Part shown: piece after piece, positions 18,452 through 26,182 of the stretch | Position numbering within the stretch: the stretch's first letter is position 1 | Layout: every line of letters starts with the position of its first letter | Origin: Nanobdellota archaeon | Lineage (GTDB): Archaea; Nanobdellota; Nanobdellia; Woesearchaeales; GCA-2686295 | Direction: 5' to 3' | Length of the DNA: 64,000 bases | Assembly: GCA_018819065.1 (NCBI GenBank) | Contig: JAHJQL010000075.1 | Location: forward strand, 625 to 64,624 | Notes under the pieces: model-generated | The model's database searches: none | What the model saw: the letters and a program-made list of their open reading frames with translations, nothing else | What the model was told of the DNA's origin: nothing | Translations under genes and position numbers: made by a program

Positions 18452-18973
18452 ATGCTTAAGAACAATAAATGTTTCATGACCCTTAAAAAAAACATTTCTG
18501 ATATCTTTACACTGTTAAATCTCACTTCTGGTTTTGTATCAATATTATTCGCTGTAAATGATAAATTCTTAATGGCATCAGTATTCATAATCTTATCGGT
18601 TGTACTAGACTTTTTCGACGGGCGAGTTGCTAGGTATCTAGGAACAGAGTCAGAACTAGGCGCACAGCTTGATTCATTATCAGACCTCGTGTCATTTGGT
18701 GTTGCTCCAGCAGTCTTGATGTACTTAGTATTTAACAATGATATTCTTGGCTTATTACTAGTGATTTTTGTTCTATGCGGAGCATTCAGACTTGCAAGGT
18801 TCAATATTTTAAGGAAAAAAGTCAAAGGATTCATCGGCATGCCAATAACAATTAACGGTGTAATATTTCCAGTGTTATACTTTGCTAATGCTGGCTTAGT
18901 AATAGTATCAATAGTTGTTGTTGCTTCTGCTGCTTTAATGGTGAGCACAATTCATTTTAACAAGGTGAAATAA
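18452..18973 (+). CDS. pssA: CDP-alcohol phosphatidyltransferase (archaetidylserine synthase-like)
   Basis: Signature D-x2-DG-x2-AR-x8-G-x3-D-x3-D is present as DFFDGRVARYLGTESELGAQLDSLSD. Multi-TM protein. Confidence 0.85.
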   Translation: MLKNNKCFMTLKKNISDIFTLLNLTSGFVSILFAVNDKFLMASVFIILSVVLDFFDGRVARYLGTESELGAQLDSLSDLVSFGVAPAVLMYLVFNNDILGLLLVIFVLCGAFRLARFNILRKKVKGFIGMPITINGVIFPVLYFANAGLVIVSIVVVASAALMVSTIHFNKVK

Positions 18974-19504
18974 ATGATACTAGAAGCACTGTATTACTTC
19001 TTGCCGGCATATTTCGCAAACGTAGTACCTCCACTTTTTAAATGGTTGCCAATACTTGACAAGCCAATAGATTTTGACAAGAAATTTAGAGGAAAACCCT
19101 TGTTTGGGCCTAATAAAACAATAAGGGGATTTTTAATAAGTTGCTTATTTGGAATGGTTATTTTTCACATCCAAAAACTACTTTATAATTATTCTTTTTT
19201 CCAAAAGATAAGCATAATAAACTATCAAGAGCAAACAATTTGGCTAGGTTTTCTATTGGGTTTTGGCGCTATATTTGGTGACTTGGTGAAATCATTCTTC
19301 AAAAGAAGAATAGCTATTCCTTCTGGAAAGCCATGGATTCCATTTGACCAACTAGACTTTGTAATTGGAGCATTTTTATTTTCATCAATCATATTCTTAC
19401 CAAGTATAGACATTATTCTGATAATAATTATTTTAAGCCCGTTTCTTCAACTAATTTTTCACTATCTTGGGTATGTTCTTGGGATAAATAAAGACAAAAT
19501 TTAA
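18974..19504 (+). CDS. carS: CDP-archaeol synthase (CarS, DUF46 family)
   Basis: Its start abuts the pssA stop. PILDKPIDFDKKFRGKPLFGPNKTIRGF and FGDLVKSFFKRR match the CarS family pattern. Membrane protein. Confidence 0.8.
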   Translation: MILEALYYFLPAYFANVVPPLFKWLPILDKPIDFDKKFRGKPLFGPNKTIRGFLISCLFGMVIFHIQKLLYNYSFFQKISIINYQEQTIWLGFLLGFGAIFGDLVKSFFKRRIAIPSGKPWIPFDQLDFVIGAFLFSSIIFLPSIDIILIIIILSPFLQLIFHYLGYVLGINKDKI

Positions 19505-19529
19505 AAAAAGCTGATTTTGAAACACTAAC

Positions 19530-20303
19530 ATGCGACTAATAACTTATAATGTTGAATACTGTGATGGAATAAACCGTGGCTGGAAATACCTTGACGTATT
19601 CAAATATTTTAAACTAGTTAAGAAGACATTGATGCAGATTACAGAGGAGCTTTCAAAGGTAAATCCTGACATCCTGGGATTAATAGAGATAGACTCAGGA
19701 TCTGTGCGTTTTGGTCGAAAATCAGGTTCAGAAATGTTTGCCCAAAAACTAGGAATGAATTACTGGGCTGAGAAAGTAAAATATTCTAGAAGATCAGTGT
19801 ATAGAGTGCTAAATTTTTTCCCAATTGTTAGAAAACAATCAAATGCAATTCTTTCAAAGTATAAAATTTATAGTACAAAATACTATTTTTTCTCCAAAGG
19901 AATGAAACGGCTGGTTATCCAGTCAGCAATCATGGTTCCACTAGGAGAAGAAAGTGTCGAATTAAACCTCTTTGCAGTGCACCTGTCTTTAAGAAGAAAA
20001 ACAAGGGAGAAACAACTACAAGAGCTAGGAGATATAGTGTCAGTTTGCAACGGTCCAAAAATAGTGTTTGGAGACTTTAACAACTTCAAAGGATTTGAGG
20101 AACTCCAAGAATTGATTCAAAAAACTGGTTTAAGAGATGCAAGTGATAATGACCCTTTTATAAGAACATATCCTTCCTGGAAGCCAAAGAAGCACATAGA
20201 CCACATACTTGTATCACCTGAAATTAAAATCAAGAACTACGAAGTTTTAGACATTAGACTTTCAGACCACTTACCTGTTATGATAGACTTTGAAATATCT
20301 TGA
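19530..20303 (+). CDS. Endonuclease/exonuclease/phosphatase (EEP) family protein
   Basis: Terminal LSDHLPVMIDFE and GDFNNF motifs of EEP hydrolases. Confidence 0.75.
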   Translation: MRLITYNVEYCDGINRGWKYLDVFKYFKLVKKTLMQITEELSKVNPDILGLIEIDSGSVRFGRKSGSEMFAQKLGMNYWAEKVKYSRRSVYRVLNFFPIVRKQSNAILSKYKIYSTKYYFFSKGMKRLVIQSAIMVPLGEESVELNLFAVHLSLRRKTREKQLQELGDIVSVCNGPKIVFGDFNNFKGFEELQELIQKTGLRDASDNDPFIRTYPSWKPKKHIDHILVSPEIKIKNYEVLDIRLSDHLPVMIDFEIS

Positions 20304-21407
20304 CTAATTCTTTAAGAGATTTCTTGAAAGCCTTAAGTGCATCGCTGACCAAAGCATTCCTTCATCAGTCATGTAAAATAGAGTTTTGAATGGTTTTCCA
20401 CTAGGCGTGTAAACCTCGAGGAACGTCTCGTTTTTCTCAATCACCTCAGAATATCTTTTGAGGTAAACTCTTGCAAGTTCCTTGTCAATGCTTGAGACTA
20501 ATTCAATATATGGATAACTCATCATTGGCCAGATATTTTGAAACTCATAACCCTTTGCAAAAAAACCATACCAAATAACCCTTGATTTTTTCATACTGTA
20601 TTTTAATGGGAATGGCTTATCAAGTCCTTCTTTTCTCACACTCTTAACAGCTGAATTAATCATGTTTCTAGAGTTAAAAACTCCTGTCCAAAAAGGAAAA
20701 ACGTTTGAGTCGCCAGTAATAAATTTTCTTCCAGACAAATCATCAAGGAAATAGCTTCCAGTCCAGAAATTGTCTTTTATAATTTTCTTAAAATTATAAT
20801 CACTCAAAGGATTTTCAAAACCCAAAGTTTTAAGATTCTTTGATAGCCAACCAACCATGACGTTGTCATAGCAAGATGACTTTCGGACAGCGTGGTCTTT
20901 CATGGAGCTAAAATGACTCTTTTTAACAAGTCCAGAATCTTTATCAACCACTATTTCAAAAAATTTTTTTGCTTCATTTTCAATAAAATCTTTGTACTCC
21001 ACGTTTATCTCTTTATTATTAGCAATTACTAGCGAATGAACTATGAATGCAAGCGAATCAGGAGCATAAGTTGGAAAGTTAAAGGGCTTGCCGACTGGCG
21101 AAATCGTTGTTGTTATACTTTTATTTTTACAAAACTTACCTAAAGCATATTTTAGAGTGTTCTCTATCTCTTTTTGATAACCAAGATATTTTAATGACCT
21201 CACACACAAGCCAAAATCTCTACTCCAAAACTCTGAGAAGTGACCAGTGCTAGCCATGAAATAGTTTTTTTCATGATTATAACAATCATTAACTATCGCT
21301 CTACAAACATGGTTAGCATCTCCAGAATATCTTCTAAAACCATTTTTGCTGACTTGTAGCTTCCTTCTAAACATGCGAAAGCCTTCATTTAAGAAGATAA
21401 ATTTCAT
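20304..21407 (-). CDS. Hypothetical protein (possibly glycosidase-like)
   Basis: 367-aa ORF overlapping the upstream membrane gene by 4 nt. W/F-rich segments, but no firm motif. Confidence 0.45.
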   Translation of the reverse strand: MKFIFLNEGFRMFRRKLQVSKNGFRRYSGDANHVCRAIVNDCYNHEKNYFMASTGHFSEFWSRDFGLCVRSLKYLGYQKEIENTLKYALGKFCKNKSITTTISPVGKPFNFPTYAPDSLAFIVHSLVIANNKEINVEYKDFIENEAKKFFEIVVDKDSGLVKKSHFSSMKDHAVRKSSCYDNVMVGWLSKNLKTLGFENPLSDYNFKKIIKDNFWTGSYFLDDLSGRKFITGDSNVFPFWTGVFNSRNMINSAVKSVRKEGLDKPFPLKYSMKKSRVIWYGFFAKGYEFQNIWPMMSYPYIELVSSIDKELARVYLKRYSEVIEKNETFLEVYTPSGKPFKTLFYMTDEGMLWSAMHLRLSRNLLKN

Positions 21408-22420
21408 TTTTCCATGTCATGATTAACATATGCTTTTTTTATAGTTTTCTTAGCGCTTAAACCATAATAGCTTAATAAGATCAGCCCAATTATACTCCAA
21501 ACAATATCTCTTGCTCTTGTAAGAAGGGCTAATGCTATTCCTGCAACGCTTTTCATCCCAATCATTGGGAAGACAAATACTTGGCTTGCTTCAACAGCGC
21601 CAAGACCAAGTGGTATTGGAAATAAGAATGCTGCTCCAAGAAAGCTTACAATCAAGAATATTGCTGTAAAAGAAACATCCTGCCCAAGCATTAACAATAC
21701 TAGTTTAAATTCAAGAAACATTAAAATCCAAGCAATTAGCGACATAAGCATCGCCATAAGGAAATACTTTTTGTCATGCTGAAAAAATTTTATTATGAGA
21801 CCCTCAAAGTTTTTTATTTTATACTCAGTTATTTTCAAACTTTTTATTCTGTCTATCTTTAGAAGATGAAATAACCCTAAGATAAATCCTTTTCCACTCG
21901 CAAGCCTGTGATAAATAAAAATCATTCCACCAAGAAGAATTGTTGATGACAATATCAACATGACACTTGTTTTACCTGGCAGGGCGAACTTGAAAACAAC
22001 TAAGATTGCCCCCATGAAGAAAAAAAGTGCAGATGAAGAAATCTCTATAGTCTTGTCTATTATCACAGATGATAACGCCTTTGGAAACTTTATGTCATGA
22101 TTTGATAACAGCAAAGCCCTGATGGGCTCACCGCCAATCTTTGCAGAAGGTGTTAAATAACTAATACCATAACCAACAATCATGTAGTTAAAGATGTTTA
22201 AAAAAGGAACTTTCAAATTCTGACTCTTTAATATAGTTTTCCAACGCCAAGCCAGTACAATCATGATGGAAACTGAAATAAGAAGGTAGCCGACAATGTT
22301 TTTGGTGTCTGCCGCCATGAACGAATCTAATACTTCCTTGAACGAAACAAACCTAAGAACAAAGAATAAAGCAACCAAACCTATGACTAATGATGCAATC
22401 AACCAAATCTTTTTTTTCAT
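21404..22420 (-). CDS. Flippase-like / lysyl-phosphatidylglycerol-synthase TM-region family membrane protein (UPF0104)
   Basis: 338 aa with about 8 predicted TM helices. PSAKIGGEPIRALLL is typical of UPF0104/TIGR00374 proteins. Confidence 0.65.
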   Translation of the reverse strand: MKKKIWLIASLVIGLVALFFVLRFVSFKEVLDSFMAADTKNIVGYLLISVSIMIVLAWRWKTILKSQNLKVPFLNIFNYMIVGYGISYLTPSAKIGGEPIRALLLSNHDIKFPKALSSVIIDKTIEISSSALFFFMGAILVVFKFALPGKTSVMLILSSTILLGGMIFIYHRLASGKGFILGLFHLLKIDRIKSLKITEYKIKNFEGLIIKFFQHDKKYFLMAMLMSLIAWILMFLEFKLVLLMLGQDVSFTAIFLIVSFLGAAFLFPIPLGLGAVEASQVFVFPMIGMKSVAGIALALLTRARDIVWSIIGLILLSYYGLSAKKTIKKAYVNHDMEK

Positions 22421-22518
22421 CGAGTTTAAAGAGAGATGATTCGTATTTAAATGTTTAGATGGTTGACGTTATTCGTTTTCTATTATGAAAAATTAACAGC
22501 TAATAAAATTATTTTTTT

Positions 22519-22770
22519 ATTAAAAATCTCGATAGAGATTTTGTTTGGGTTTAATACTCAGAAATAATTTGTGATTTCTGGTACTAGAAATGTTCCATTT
22601 CTCTGTACCCCAACCTTTAGGTCGAGATTTTTAATTCAGAGAAATGTTTTTGCATTTCTCGAACCAGCAACTTTGTTGCTGTGTTCCAAAAATTCAACTT
22701 TTAAGATAGTCGAGCGTAATACCCCAACCTTCAGGTTGGGGATAGCCGACTATCATCGAATTTTTGTTAT
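22519..22770. repeat. 252-bp direct repeat, copy A (3' flank of tRNA-Arg)
   Basis: It aligns without indels to 23161-23412 (offset 642 nt), and I count 9 substitutions. It consists of consecutive hairpins, for example aaaatctc-gata-gagatttt, ggtac..gtacc, cagcaac-ttt-gttgctg and ccccaacc-ttca-ggttgggg nested in gatagtcg..cgactatc. Confidence 0.85.
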
Positions 22771-22777
22771 AAACGTA

Positions 22778-23123
22778 CGGACCTGGGGGGACTTTCGTCA
22801 GAAACAACTCGTGTGGCTGAGCGAACTTGAAGTGAGCGAATGCCGCACTTCAGTGCCAGCGCCCTCAAAACAAATGTTTTGGGGTCCCAAAAATCTTTGA
22901 TTTTTGAGGAAATGAGTGTCGCTGTTTCGAACCCCCGACCTACAGCTTAGGAGGCTGTCGCGCTATTTGCCCACAACCCTTATCAGCGTTATCAAAAAGC
23001 TGCGCTTTTTGGAAACTCCCAAAAATCTACGATTTTTGATAGTTGATGGGGATTATGCTCCCTGTCAGTCGCGGTGCTTTGCACCAATGTGCTGAAGATT
23101 GTTCCAGGCTGCGCTACAGGTCC
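22778..23123 (-). tRNA. tRNA-Arg(CCT) with two long introns (D-loop, about 136 nt; T-loop 59/60, 134 nt)
   Basis: The minus strand reads GGACCTG-TA-GCGC-AGCCTGGAAC [intron about 23100..22965] A-GCGC-G-ACAGC-CTCCTAA-GCTGT-AGGTC-GGGGG-TTCGAA [intron 22925..22792] T-CCCCC-CAGGTCC-G. All four stems are perfectly paired, and the anticodon CCT lies at 22951..22949. Confidence 0.85.
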
Positions 23124-23160
23124 GTGTAATAATCAGAAAGTATCTCTTTTTTTAAATATT

Positions 23161-23412
23161 ATTAAAAATCTCAACAGAGATTTTGTTGGGGTTTAATACT
23201 CAGAAATAATTTGTGATTTCTGGTACTAGAAATGTTCCATTTCTCTGTACCCCGACCTTCAGGTTGAGATTTTTAATTCAGAGAAATGTTTTTGCATTTC
23301 TCGAACCAGCAACTTTGTTGCTGTGTTCCAAAAATTCGATTTTTAAGATAGTCGAGCGTAATACCCCAACCTTCAGGTTGGGGATAGCCGACTATCGTCG
23401 AATTTTTGTTAT
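23161..23412. repeat. 252-bp direct repeat, copy B (5' flank of tRNA-Arg)
   Basis: See copy A. The substitutions fall in hairpin loops (gata vs aaca) or improve or maintain pairing (caacc..ggtcg vs cgacc..ggttg). Confidence 0.85.
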
Positions 23413-23507
23413 CTTTATTTAAATTTTTCTGTAATTCCTAGGAATATTTGTATATCTTAATCTTTTTTTTCACAAAATATTAAAAACACCAAACAATTAA
23501 TGTTTTT

Positions 23508-24461
23508 ATGAAAATAAAGCAGCTTCCGGAAGATTTTATCGTCAGAGAAATTCCTGATTATGAGAAAGAAGACGGTCCTTATTCAGTGTTTATTTTGAAA
23601 AAAAGAAATTACACGACTGAGAGGGCCATACAAAGAATCTGTGAAGCATTGCACATAAAGAGAAACAGGGTTGGCTATGCAGGAATAAAAGATAAGGTTG
23701 CAGTGACTGAACAGTACATCTCTTTGTTTAAAATTTCAAAAAAAATCGTTGCATCATTAAAACTAAAAGACTTGGAGCTGGAATTTGTCTCGTTCTCAAA
23801 AAATCCTATTTCTCTTGGAATGCTTAAAGAGAATAGCTTTGAAATAATTGTTAGGGATCTTGAAAAAGATTTCAAAATAAGTGATTGTGGAAGAATAAAG
23901 AATTATTTTGACAGCCAAAGATTCTCGCACAATAACGCGGTTGTTGGGTTGGCATTGCTAAAGAGGGATTTTAAGAAGGCAGTGAACTTAATTTTGGAGA
24001 CTGAAGGAGATTATGAGTGTGAAATGAAAGAGTTTTTGAAGTCAAACCCAAACAACTATGTTGGTGCCCTTGGGAAAATTCCTCATAAGATACTGTTACT
24101 ATTTATCCACGCCTATCAAAGCGACTTATTCAATAAAACCATAGACTTGCTTGACAACAAAAAAAATGTTCTTGTACCAATAGTTGGTTTTGGGACGGAA
24201 TATGAAGATAAAAAGATGAAGAGTATAATTCAAGACTTTCTTTCACGCGATGGATTGACTGAAAGAGATTTTGTCATTCAACAGATAAAAGGGCTAAGCA
24301 GTTTTGGAGAGCAAAGACCTTTGTATGTCTCTTTAAAAAATCTTAGTGTTGGGAGTTTGAAAGCTGATGATTTGAATAAGGGCAAGTATAAATTAAAAGT
24401 TAGTTTTTCGCTTCCAAAAGGATCTTATGCAACTAATGTTTTGAAGAGTTTAGTGAGCTGA
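23508..24461 (+). CDS. truD: tRNA pseudouridine(13) synthase TruD/Pus7
   Basis: N-terminal MKIKQLPEDFIVREI and catalytic GYAGIKDKVAVTEQ (KD...T.Q) motif. Confidence 0.85.
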   Translation: MKIKQLPEDFIVREIPDYEKEDGPYSVFILKKRNYTTERAIQRICEALHIKRNRVGYAGIKDKVAVTEQYISLFKISKKIVASLKLKDLELEFVSFSKNPISLGMLKENSFEIIVRDLEKDFKISDCGRIKNYFDSQRFSHNNAVVGLALLKRDFKKAVNLILETEGDYECEMKEFLKSNPNNYVGALGKIPHKILLLFIHAYQSDLFNKTIDLLDNKKNVLVPIVGFGTEYEDKKMKSIIQDFLSRDGLTERDFVIQQIKGLSSFGEQRPLYVSLKNLSVGSLKADDLNKGKYKLKVSFSLPKGSYATNVLKSLVS

Positions 24462-25074
24462 TTATGTCTTTGAAGACCTTTTCTATGGGCTGGTCGCCGT
24501 TGATATTTATCAGCACACCTTTTTTTTGGTAGAAATCAAGCAACTGCTTTGTTTGATTATCATAAATGTTTAGTCTTTTTTCAATGGCTTTTGGCTTATC
24601 ATCATCTCTTTGAACTAGTGTTCCTTCGCATTCATCGCACAAACCTTGTTTTTTAGGTTTTATATATATTAAGTTGTAGTTGGCTTTGCAATCAGAACAA
24701 ACTCTCCGGTTAGAAATTCTCTTTATTAGCTCTTCTCTTGGAACATCTAAGTTTATGACACGGGTTATTTTTCGATGTAATTTGTCCAAAAATTCTACCT
24801 GGTGATAGTTTCTTGGGTAACCATCAAGTATGAATCCTTTGTCGCAATCTTTTTGAGCCAGTCTGTTTTCTACAATCTTATTTGTTATGTCGTCAGGCAC
24901 AAGGTTTCCCTTGTTGATTATTTCTTTTGCAATTCTTCCAAGCTCAGTTCCTTTACTAATGTTGTTTCTGAATATGTCACCAGTAGATATGTGGATTATC
25001 TGGTAGTTAGATGCTATTTTTTCTGCTTGTGTTCCTTTGCCTGATGCTTGTGGTCCAAAAATTATCAAGTTCAA
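24433..25074 (-). CDS. adk: Adenylate kinase (long form with Zn lid)
   Basis: P-loop GPQASGKGTQ, and a lid with CSDC...CDEC cysteine pairs. Confidence 0.9.
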   Translation of the reverse strand: MNLIIFGPQASGKGTQAEKIASNYQIIHISTGDIFRNNISKGTELGRIAKEIINKGNLVPDDITNKIVENRLAQKDCDKGFILDGYPRNYHQVEFLDKLHRKITRVINLDVPREELIKRISNRRVCSDCKANYNLIYIKPKKQGLCDECEGTLVQRDDDKPKAIEKRLNIYDNQTKQLLDFYQKKGVLININGDQPIEKVFKDIISSLNSSKH

Positions 25075-25089
25075 AATGTCACCTTTAAT

Positions 25090-25536
25090 CTATCCAAAGT
25101 AACCTAGTTCCAGCTTTATTTTTTTGTCTTTATTCCAAGAATTTCTTATCTTTATAATTATTTTTTTCAGTTCAAAAGTGATTGTTTCCCACTCGCTCAA
25201 AATCTCTTTTATGAATTGTGCCTGTTCATTTTCATCAGATGATATTTCAAGCAGCAAATACTGTTTGTTATAATATTGAAGCTTCCTGAACACTTTAAGA
25301 ATTTCTTTTTTCTCTTCTTCATTAAACATGCTTGATTCATGGGAACTGCTTAGAGTTTCAGGATTTAGGATGTCTTCTAATAATTCAGTGAACAAATAGA
25401 TTTTTTCATGAATCTTCTTAGTCATTTCTTTTAATAGAAATTTTTTCTCTTCTATGCTGCTGACCTGGAAATATTTGTCTAGCGATTCTATGGTTGGTAA
25501 ACTGTACTTTTTTTGAAGAGTGAGGTATTCTTTCAT
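25090..25536 (-). CDS. Hypothetical protein
   Basis: 148-aa helical ORF with no motif recognised. Confidence 0.45.
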   Translation of the reverse strand: MKEYLTLQKKYSLPTIESLDKYFQVSSIEEKKFLLKEMTKKIHEKIYLFTELLEDILNPETLSSSHESSMFNEEEKKEILKVFRKLQYYNKQYLLLEISSDENEQAQFIKEILSEWETITFELKKIIIKIRNSWNKDKKIKLELGYFG

Positions 25537-25663
25537 GCTACTTGTTAAGAATCAGAAAGTCTTATTTATACTTTGTGGAATGAAAAAAAGAAAAAAGGAG
25601 AGCTCCCGAAGAACTCGGGGAGGGTGGTTAGAGAAGAGGCTTTTGGGAGCTCATGAATGTGAT

Positions 25664-26083
25664 CTATTTGCTTTTTAGTGCGAATCTTATTGGGGGTTTT
25701 CTAAGTTCTTGTAGCCACATCAAGCCGACTCTCATCATGTTTTTGTTAAACTTCTCACTCAACTTGTATGTTTTTTTGTATAAGTCGTAATCAATAATGC
25801 CCATTGTTTTCATGGGTGTGAGTATTCTATCGTAAAATTGTCTTTTGTTATATGATAGCTTGGTGGTTTTCTTAGTTTTAAACATTCCTTCTTTTTCTGT
25901 TTCGAGGAGTGTTCCTTCGTGTAGCGCTGTTGCAAACATTGACATCTCTGTCTTTCCTATTTCTCCGTCTTTTAGCTTCATTTCTTCTATTAGTAATTTC
26001 GCGACGATGACTTGTTGGTTGGTTGAAAATATTATCTCGTAGACGTTATCTGGTAGGTTGTACTGATCGAATAGTATGACCAT
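25664..26083 (-). CDS. Hypothetical protein (possible wHTH)
   Basis: 139-aa ORF. The C-terminal FYDRILTPMKTMGIIDYD resembles a winged-helix segment. Confidence 0.45.
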   Translation of the reverse strand: MVILFDQYNLPDNVYEIIFSTNQQVIVAKLLIEEMKLKDGEIGKTEMSMFATALHEGTLLETEKEGMFKTKKTTKLSYNKRQFYDRILTPMKTMGIIDYDLYKKTYKLSEKFNKNMMRVGLMWLQELRKPPIRFALKSK

Positions 26084-26182
26084 GTTTATTCTCCTGAACT
26101 AATAACTTTTAATACCTAAAAGCAAAACTAATATATAAATATTTCGTTTTGTGTGGTATTTAGTATACCTGTGTATGTGTGT

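Noticed and set aside
22519-22770. The flanking repeats as additional intron-containing tRNA genes (GGTTCGAG on the minus strand; ccccaacc-ttca-ggttgggg as an anticodon-like arm)
   Set aside because: There is no matching T-stem 3' strand or acceptor pairing. The hairpin has an 8-bp stem with a 4-nt loop, not 5 bp with 7 nt. No cloverleaf could be assembled on either strand.
22786-22800. GACGAAAGTCC on the minus strand resembles the RNase P RNA CR-I box (GAGGAAAGUCC), with a terminal helix cggacctg/caggtccg about 350 nt apart
   Set aside because: The box would sit at the 3' end of the RNA rather than near the 5' end, and no CR-IV/CR-V equivalents were found. The whole segment resolves cleanly as tRNA-Arg: the T-loop 3' splice junction plus the T-stem and acceptor strand.
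22571-23422. Track ORFs 22571..22900 (109 aa) and 23213..23422 (69 aa), which share the N-terminus MISGTRNVPFLCTPTFR
   Set aside because: They lie inside the 252-bp repeats and run into the tRNA-Arg gene. Their similarity is explained by the DNA repeat, and the substitutions follow hairpin structure rather than codon positions. They use non-ATG starts and have odd composition.
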